A stretch of 57,959 nucleotides of DNA from a virus: IMG/VR virus record IMGVR_UViG_3300045391_001776; one strand, given 5' to 3'. Within the stretch, counting starts at the first letter, position 1, and every line of letters starts with the position of its first letter. Below, one piece after another: positions 1 to 8,100 of this stretch. The translations under genes were made by a program, and so were the position numbers. A model generated the notes under the pieces. That model was not told the DNA's origin. It made no database searches and was given only the letters and a program-made list of their open reading frames with translations.

Positions 1-69
1 AATGGCGCGCCCGGAGAGATTCGAACTCCCGACCGCCTGGTTCGTAGTAAGGTGGCCTACTAAAAATAG
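1..69. repeat. attL: 69-bp direct repeat identical to 57891-57959
   Basis: Base-for-base identity by eye between 1-69 and 57891-57959; the sequences diverge at position 70. Confidence 0.95.
3..52 (-). tRNA. Partial tRNA-Arg(ACG)-like gene, 3' half only, inside attL
   Basis: Minus strand reads CUACGAA (anticodon ACG) / CCAGG / CGGUC / GGGAG-UUCGAAU-CUCUC / CGGGCGC-G-CCA. The 5' anticodon-stem partner and D-arm are absent. Confidence 0.6.
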
Positions 70-141
70 GCTTTATTTCAGCTAAATCGGTGTGGCGCCC
101 GTTGCAGGTTTTCCGTACCGATCACAACTGAGCAGGACCAA

Positions 142-160
142 TCCCGGCAAAAGTCCGGCA
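142..160 (+). promoter_or_regulatory. Candidate integrase arm-type sites (P' arm): TCCCGGCA and GTCCGGCA with an 11-bp period
   Basis: The 17-nt string CCGGCAAAAGTCCGGCA (144-160) recurs at 57808-57824, about 70 bp inside each att core and in the same orientation. Confidence 0.45.
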
Positions 161-204
161 ATGAAATCTGGCCGGCGCCGCCGGCGAGCCGAACCGATGT
201 CCTA

Positions 205-1176
205 TTATGCTGCTTTCACGGCCGCGTGCTGATAATAGAACGGTTCGCGATCGAGAAGAATCTCTCTCATTGCCCCCTCCCCGGCCTGGTCTGGTCTCAG
301 CCAAGCCATGACGTTCCGTTCTCGTAAAGCCACGATACACCGATCGTGCCCGGCGGCCGCCACCTCGGGAGGCGGGTCGTTCGTTATGGCCGCGAAAGAG
401 TGCAGTTCGGAACCGTCGGCACCTACCCAGCGATCCCAAAGACAGGCGATATACATGGGCTCAGCTGGCGTTGGGGAAAAATGCAATACGACGTTGCTTT
501 CCTCTTCGCCTGGCGCGAGATCGCGCCGCTCAAACTTGTGCTTTGGCACGTTTTCGTAAAAGGTATCGACAACCATCACTGCGTGCTGCCGGCAGAAAGT
601 TCGCTTCCAAAACGGTACCTCAGCAAGCCGGTCGTATCGAGCGTTGTAAGTACCGTCGTACTTCTTATCGAATTCAGCCGGAACACCAAACGGGCGCATG
701 TGATACCGCATCGGTCGAACTTCGATTTTGTCACCAACCGCAACCATGACCGGCGAGTACCAAAACGGGAATATCCTGGAATCACGCTCCTTCGGCCGCT
801 CGCGAAGCAGGTCGTCATACTGACGCGTGAGTTTTTCGTGCTTGTTAGAGGCGCGATTCAGCTCTGTTTCGGCCGTTTTCGAATAGCGTTCGTTGACTCT
901 GGCGTGCGCTTTACGAAGCCGCTCGTGTTGAACCGACATCTCTTCCGAGACGGCGCGGAGCCTGTTTGATTTGTACTGCTGGATAAGCCAATGGACACGT
1001 ATTTCGTCAGACCCGTTTGTGTCTGCGTAGTTGAAGTCGATGGCCTTAGGGATTCGCAGGCGCGGATCCTCGAGGCGCTGTCGATACAGTTTTTCGAATT
1101 CTGCATGGTTTATGGTTGCCCCATGCAAACGCAGGTATGCCTTGAAACGGGCTTCGACTTGGGCGGAGTAGCACAT
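205..1176 (-). CDS. SOS-response-associated peptidase (SRAP/YedK/HMCES-like) with a helical insertion of about 120 aa
   Basis: Begins Met-Cys (the catalytic Cys2 of SRAP). Has TYNARYDRL, FWKRTF and GHDRCIVAL..WL, which resemble the SRAP NARxE and HDRMPVIL blocks. A charged coiled-coil-like segment lies between Cys2 and the core. Confidence 0.6.
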   Translation of the reverse strand: MCYSAQVEARFKAYLRLHGATINHAEFEKLYRQRLEDPRLRIPKAIDFNYADTNGSDEIRVHWLIQQYKSNRLRAVSEEMSVQHERLRKAHARVNERYSKTAETELNRASNKHEKLTRQYDDLLRERPKERDSRIFPFWYSPVMVAVGDKIEVRPMRYHMRPFGVPAEFDKKYDGTYNARYDRLAEVPFWKRTFCRQHAVMVVDTFYENVPKHKFERRDLAPGEEESNVVLHFSPTPAEPMYIACLWDRWVGADGSELHSFAAITNDPPPEVAAAGHDRCIVALRERNVMAWLRPDQAGEGAMREILLDREPFYYQHAAVKAA

Positions 1177-1248
1177 ACCTTAATATGTAGTCATCGGAAC
1201 AGCGATCGAATCCCATCCAGATAGCCTGGATACCGCAACTAGATGGCC

Positions 1249-1279
1249 TTGACAAAAAGTGGCTGTGGCCGCATATAGC
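1249..1279 (+). promoter_or_regulatory. Candidate sigma70 promoter for the small plus-strand cassette
   Basis: TTGACA at 1249-1254, with CATATA/TATAGC 17-19 nt downstream, in an AT-rich intergenic region. The perfect palindrome TTTCTTAAGAAA follows near 1345. Confidence 0.3.
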
Positions 1280-1471
1280 AAACCGTAGGCCAGCCGTAAA
1301 GAGTTGTTAGCGTCCGCTAACCCTTTGGTTTGTAAGTATAAGAATTTCTTAAGAAACTATCGCTTTACCGGTGGTCTATATATGGTGTATGTAGACAGAA
1401 GAATTCAACGAATTGCGTAAATTTTTTCGACGCACTTTTTGAAGTTAAAACGGACAAACAAGGCGGGGGTC

Positions 1472-1894
1472 ATGAAAGAGGCAGCTGAAGCGACAACTAT
1501 GGTGCATGCGCAGAAGGGCGACAAGCACGTAATTGGGCTTTCTAATTTAACCGTTCTTCTGGTGAAGGACGATGGCTGCTGGTACGCCCAAGGTTTAGAG
1601 ATCGATTACGCCGCCGCCGGCGCTACCCAGGAAGAAGCGAAGCAGAACTTCGGCTACGGTTTGAAGATGACGATCAAGGAGCACTTGATCATGCACGGCG
1701 GTGTGGACAAACTCCTGCAGGTCGCTCCTCAGGAAGCCTGGACCGAAGCGTTTCAGATGAGCCATTCATTGAAGTCGTATTCAATGATTCAGCTTCACGA
1801 CCTCGGCTTGAGTGACGTCGAGATCAAAAAAGCAAATCTACCTTTCTCTCAAATTGAGTTTGTCGAATCCGAAGTTACGGCTCAGGCGGCTTAA
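1472..1894 (+). CDS. Hypothetical protein, HicB/UPF0150-like N-terminal fold (weak)
   Basis: ATG at 1472 follows GGCGGGGG; the longest ORF starts at TTG 1439. The segment DDGCWYAQGLEIDYAAAGATQEEAKQNF resembles the HicB-type antitoxin N-domain. Confidence 0.5.
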   Translation: MKEAAEATTMVHAQKGDKHVIGLSNLTVLLVKDDGCWYAQGLEIDYAAAGATQEEAKQNFGYGLKMTIKEHLIMHGGVDKLLQVAPQEAWTEAFQMSHSLKSYSMIQLHDLGLSDVEIKKANLPFSQIEFVESEVTAQAA

Positions 1895-1900
1895 GTTTTC

Positions 1901-2164
1901 ATGCCTGGCCCCATCCCGGACGGATGCGTCGCGCGCGCGATCGCTATTCAGGTTCTGCAAGCCATGGTTCCTGCCAGTGGCCACTCCATCAACGTTGTAG
2001 GATCTGACGTAACGCTCGTGAAAGACGGGATTCCCGAGGTCTACCCTCTGCCAGAACACGTTCCACGCCGCATGCTCCATCGCTGGGCTGAGAAGTACGG
2101 CGTAAAAATCGAGCTCTTTTTCCATCCGGAAATGTGCAGCGGCCCACCTAAGTTGCCGCAGTAG
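1901..2164 (+). CDS. Hypothetical 87-aa protein (very weak HicA-like pattern)
   Basis: ORF lies 6 nt after the upstream stop. SGHS..(V)YPLPEH..RRMLHRWAEKYGV loosely recalls HicA GSH...vP.H...l..ilkqaG. No clear SD. Confidence 0.35.
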   Translation: MPGPIPDGCVARAIAIQVLQAMVPASGHSINVVGSDVTLVKDGIPEVYPLPEHVPRRMLHRWAEKYGVKIELFFHPEMCSGPPKLPQ

Positions 2165-2176
2165 TTAAGTCGCGCC

Positions 2177-5100
2177 CTACCGAAACTCTTCGGCCTCCTT
2201 CCGGTAGTCTTTACCAATCACCACGCCCTTCGCAGCCTGCTTCGTGTAGGACCGGCGCGATCGAACCGACGCCTGCAGATCGGTACCAGATATCGCCGCA
2301 CTCCGGTGTTTGGTATTCCATTCCCGGATCGCCGCTCGAGCGTCTGACTTGCCCTCGGCATCTCGCGCCTGGTACGCCAGCCAGTAGGCATCCATCAGCT
2401 GTTCGCGGCGCTTCTTCAGCCGAGATTCGACATTGCGGAGACGGTTGTCCTCGTCGTAGCGGTCGGCCAACTTGGTCGGCGTGAAGCCAGTCGCCTTTAG
2501 GGCTATTTCCCACGGGTCAAACTCCGGCACCATCGGGTCACCGCGCATGGTCCGAGCCCCTTCCTGGGCGAACCTCAACGACGTCAGCAAGTCACGGGCA
2601 ACCTTAGGTACCATCTTCTCGATACCGCGGCGATAGTGCCCCTCGCCCATCAACTGAGCGCCGGCGATCGCGTTAATCCCAACCCCAAACACGGGGCCGA
2701 GCAACTGCTCGATATAGTGCTGGGTCATCGCCTTGCCTTCGAGCTCCCGATCCGGTGACCGCACCCACATCTCGTCAAGCTTCGTGCGAGACGCCAAATC
2801 GGCACCCAGTTCATTGGCTGGGCCACGCAGGATGATCTTCGCCCAATCGGCGCCAAACTGACCCTTCAGCCAGCGGTACATTTCGTCTTCGAAGTCGTAC
2901 GGTTCGTCATCATCGCCGAATGTGGACATGATGGCGTTTGCGACGAACGCGATCACGCTATAAAGCGGGAGACCGGCGGCGCCGGCAATGCCACTGGTAA
3001 CAGCGAGCGTGCCAAACAACTTGGTGGCCGCCTCGCGCCGCGCCGCCGGCGTCTCTGCTTTCAGAACCTTGTACGCGTTTCGAGCCAGGTAATACGTCAT
3101 GTTGACGCTGTACTGCTTGAACAGGAACACGACCTTCTGCCAGTTCGCCTGCATGAATCTGGGGCGGTTCGTGTTCGAGTAGTCGAAATGTGACTCCCAG
3201 GTAATCGCCCGGGCAAGCTCGACTGCTTCATCATGTGACTTGCCGTCCGCGCGGGCCATGCGATACGCCGCCATCGACGTCGTAACCCGGTTGAATACCT
3301 CGGCGTGATGGAATGCCCACGAAGCGACTTCCATCGTCCGACGCCAATTCTCGTTGTATCCGCTCGTATCCGAACTAGCGATACCAGCAAGGTCATGTGC
3401 GTTGGTCGTGTCGATTACCCCGTCCTTCTCGAGCTGCTCGATCATCTTGCGCTCGTCGCTGGTCATCTGCGAGTTGAACGCAGCGGGGATGGCCTTAGCC
3501 ATGTTCAGCGCAGAACGAGCAAACCCGAATTTGCTCGATAACACGGGGAATGCCGTAACGGCGTTTTGCGTCAGATTTACCGCGGCGGCTGCCGGCGACA
3601 CGCCGAGGTACCAAATAAACCCCATGCCCGTAAGAGCATTGGCGATCTTGCTGTCGCCAGGGTTCATGACCCACTGGTGCCGCTTCTGCATCTCGTTTAA
3701 AAGAGCGCCGGACTTAACACTGTCAGAACTCTTCTTTACCTCGTCGCCCATCTCCGACATAAGCCTTTCGAGCTGATGCGAGTTTTCGAGTCTGGCCAGC
3801 TGGCTCCCAATATGAAACGTCTTGTGTGCGAACGCGCGAATTGCGTCCTGGCTGTAGCCTTTCGTCTTCTTGCGGTGAATGAACGATTTTCGAGCTGACA
3901 GGTCGGGAAGCGTCTTCAGATACAGCTGGTAAATATCGTCCTTTACCTGCTCCGCCTTGGCACCGCCTATCTTGTCGAGCATCGAAGCGATGTCCGACAT
4001 GAACCCAGCATTTGCTCCAGCCTGTCCCGGCGGATTTTCCAGCTTCGTGCCAACCTTCGGGTCGAATCCTTCTTTTCGAAGTTCCTTCTCACGCGTCCGC
4101 AGGGCATTGACTGTTTCGTACATCTCGAATAGAGGAGCGCCTTTGTAATCCTTCACGTGCAGCCAGTAGTCTCCGAATCGAGCCAGAGGGAAGTACGGAC
4201 CATCAAGGCGACGACTCTCGAACTCGATGCGAAGGCGATCGATTACGCTCTTCTTTACACCAGCGTCCGCATCCGTCGCATTGATACGACCGGTCAGTGC
4301 TTTCAGCAGCTCATCAGCTCTAGCCTGGTAGTGGTCGCGAACCTGCACGTACATATCCCGATATTCCTTGGGAAGCAGATTGAAACGAGACCGCATTTCC
4401 TGCCACTTGCGCTTGCGCTCCCCAGAACGCTCCTGCTTTACCTTCGCCGACAGCGCCTTAATCTCCGCCATCATGTCGGTCTTATCATCGCCAGGGCGGC
4501 TGAACATCTTCTCCCGGAGAATGGCGACTTTTTTCTTTGACTCGTCAATATCGACCGGAACGTATTCCTTCGAAGGATCTACGCCTTCAACGGTCGTATC
4601 GTGCATTATCGAAGCAAGCTGGTCGCTGAGCACTCTCGATCGCTTCGCCAACTTCAACCAGGCATCAGCAATCTGCGCGCTCTCAGACTGCAGGTCGTTC
4701 TTGCGGGCCTGCGCTCGATCAACGGTTCTAGAATAGTGTTCGATGTGAGGAAGGTACTTTGCCCCGATGTCAGCCAAATGCTTGAGCGTTAGGGCGCCAA
4801 GCAGTTGGCTCGACCACTCGGAAGCTTTGTTGGACGCCTTCTCGTACGCGCTGAGTGAGACCTGCTCGATCGCGTGTTCGGAGGTGTTTTTTGGGGGGTT
4901 GTCGGCGGACTTACTTTCCGACTCAACAGGCTTCGCGCGCGAGAATCCGTACTGTTCCTGCCCGCCATAGAAGGTAGGCTTCTCAGCCGAACGAGCGGCG
5001 TGTCGTAACGAAGATTGAACGAGTGACTTGATATCGTCGACCGACATGTTGTTGAGCGTGTCGTTCTTGAATCCGAACTGGCGCACCAGAAACATACGGA

Positions 5101-8100
5101 CTCGATCAACAAGGTCTCGCCACCATGACGTTTTCGTCACTTCCTGTTTCTCGGTAAGATTGGCAATTACTTCCTCGACCCACTGCGCCGAACCTTCATC
5201 CAATCCACCGACGCGACCTTCCTTCTTTCCGTAGTTTTCAGCGACGTGATCCCACGCCTCGACGACCTCTTTGTTACCGGCTTTGCGCATCATCGATATG
5301 CGATTCTGCAAGGCGTTGTAAGCCTGATCGCCGAGCATTCGTTTCAGGCCGTAGTGATTTCCGATTTCGTGCAGGACTGCCGGCACGACTTCACCAGGCT
5401 TCAGGGAATCGGACGCGAGGTAGGCTTTATTCTTCCAGTACATGCCACGCTCTGTACCTTCGAGGAACCGATGAGTCTCCGCCGGCCAACCTGCGGTCGT
5501 GCGGGTTATATTAAGGATCCCGGCCTTTTCGAGGCCGGCGACTACGGATTCTCCCAGCGCCTTGACCAGTTCGGCCCTGGCGTCCGACACAGACAGTCCG
5601 GTCGATCGCGCAGCGGACTGCGCGCGATCGAACTGCTCGCCTCGGTCACCAGAAGCAGAAAACCCGCCAGTGGCGGGTTTTCTTTGGTAAAAGATTCCTT
5701 GGAGTGCAGGATCTAGCTGTTCACGCGACTGTCGTAGAACCCCGCCCAGAATTTGTCGCCGTGAATCCGCGTCTTGTTCTGATAGTAAGGTGTTGAGGAC
5801 AGCCGCTCTTTTAAGCGTGTTGCGCCCTGCTCCCGCCTCGCGCGCTCCTCGGGAGGAAGCGAGTTCCACGAATCGCTGGTCACTAATTGGGTCGCCATTG
5901 GAGTCCTCGAACTGTTTCTTACCGAAATTATAGCTGATATTCGCCATTGCCGGAACGTGACGAACGGTATTCGAGAACACACTTTCTATTAAGCTGTTGA
6001 TATTGAAAGCGTCGTCGCCAACCTTCCATTTAAGAGGCAAAACACCAAGGTCCTCATCCCCCTCCAACTGGCGCTCGTGTGGCTGAATGTGGTCCGTCGT
6101 GCCGAATTTTAATGCCGTGTTGAGCATATTTTCGGTTCGGCGAAACAGCGCCTTGTCTGAGAGCCCGTACGGGTCGCCGACGAATGACATGCCGGTGTTG
6201 TGGGCGAAGTTGGATACGATGTGATAAATGTCCTTGCCGGCTGTACCTTCCTTGAATTCACTGATGTTCAGATAGATTTCCTTTCCTGGAAACTCGACCA
6301 CATGCGCAGTCTTCGTTTCGCCGTCCTTCGCCGGAAACGAAAACAACCATGCACGCAGCGCGCTCGGGTTGAGTTTTCGAGCCTCTTCCTTCCCTAGCTC
6401 CTCCACCTTTAGGTCAGGTCGAATGTCGGCCGCAATGTCGACCATATTCGAGCCGTCAGAAGTCGGCAGCTGAAACATATCTTCGTTTTGCGAAAGCATC
6501 TCAAGCGCCGCTGACGCGAGAGTATCTTGGCTCGTGAGCCTTCTGCCTGATCGCGAAAACATCGCGACGCCTTGGTCGGTTTCTTTCGTATCAATGACGT
6601 CGAAAAGTTTGTCGAACGCGGCGTTAATGGCTTCTCGCTCCTTCCCTTCCGGGTAAGGACGCTTCCACCCCCAAGGGGTCGGAATAGCCAAGTTCTTGGT
6701 TCCGAATGTAAGGAAGTCGCTCTTTCCACTCGACTCAGCGACTTTGTCCTCGACGTAAGCCTGGAATGCGCGCGCCGCCATCTCGTGCGGTGACGTCCAA
6801 TATTCAGACGCCCTGCCCTGGTCGATGCTCCGCGCTTCCATCGCATACGATGTCGGAACGCTTTTGGTCCTCTCCGATCCAGACTGAGCCTCGGCCAGCA
6901 TTTTCAGACGCTCACTGTAGCGACTCATGTAACCGCGGAGGCTATCGAATATGCCGTTTCGATTTGTGGAGTCGAAACCACTGCGACCACGCACCTGCTT
7001 ATAAATTGCGCTCAACTTTTCCAACGCATCGTTCGTCCACCGAGCCGACAACATTGATCGCGCCGTTTTCTTTTCGGACATCCGCCAATCGGTCTGAAGG
7101 AGTTCTCCGGCAATCAACTTTTCCGCAATCGTATCGAACTCCGACAACTGCTCCGCACTCGCCGGCTTGTTATTGCGTTTCCAATACTTGACGTCCTTCT
7201 GCATCGCCAAGTCATGCCGAATTTTCGAAAGCGCTTCAGACAGGTCGTTACGCGCGGTAGCGACGAAACTGTCAGCCTTCTTGGTGTCCTCGACATACTT
7301 CTGCGCCTTTCGGAACATCGTTTCGATTAGGTTCTTATACGCTTCTCGAACCTCGGGGCGGACCGCCGAATCCGTCACGCGGAAACCATGACTGGCAAAG
7401 GTGTGGGAATCGGGCTGGTCCTTGAACACCTCATCGCCACGGCTGTTCTTGACCTTAGCAGTCTTGGCTTTCGAGTCCTGCCGGGCGAAGTAGTGATCGA
7501 GCGCATGGAACCACTCATGACCGATAGTGCCGGCGCCTTTCATCTTCGTCAGATTGATTACACCGTAGTCTGTTTCATAGTGAGCACGCGCGCCGCTCAA
7601 GCCGTGCCCGCGAGCGCCGAACGCAAGGGCCAGTTCCCCATTGAGCCCGATAGCGAGTTCTGGAATTCCCAGCACTTCGGCCAAATCCGCCAAGCTGTCG
7701 TAGGCGTGGTTCATGACCTGCTGGCGCTCTTCCTGATTCTGCCAGTTGCCGAACTCAACACCGCGAAAGCCAAAAGTTTTGCGGAAGTCTTCCCCCTTAA
7801 CGTCGCCCTTGCGGCGCACCGGACCGGTTCTGTCTACCTTGTCCGGAACCGGGAGTATTTCTTCGCCGAAACTCGTTTTCGTTTCCGCGATCGCCGCGGC
7901 ATTTTTCGCCATGTACCGCAAGGCGTCGTCTCGGCTATCGAACTGTTCGTCAACAACCTTCACACGCTTGCGGTCGGTGACATCACGCCAGATTTCCCAC
8001 TTTCCATTTTCTACGGATACAGCGCGATGGTTGCGCGAGACAGCCACAAGGGGAATTTGCGCTTCTGCTTGTGCCTCAGTGTCGAATGGTCCGGCTAGGC

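Noticed and set aside
1-80. Intact tRNA gene at the window edges
   Set aside because: Only the anticodon loop through CCA is tRNA-like. The 5' anticodon-stem strand does not pair (2 of 5 mismatches next to the loop) and there is no D-arm or 5' acceptor strand.
1249-1330. Small RNA gene between the SRAP gene and the HicB-like gene (TTGACA promoter plus GTTAGCG..CGCTAAC hairpin and T-rich tail)
   Set aside because: The hairpin loop is too small and the stem too short for a convincing terminator. More likely this is just the leader of the downstream gene. Kept only as a remark in the cassette finding.
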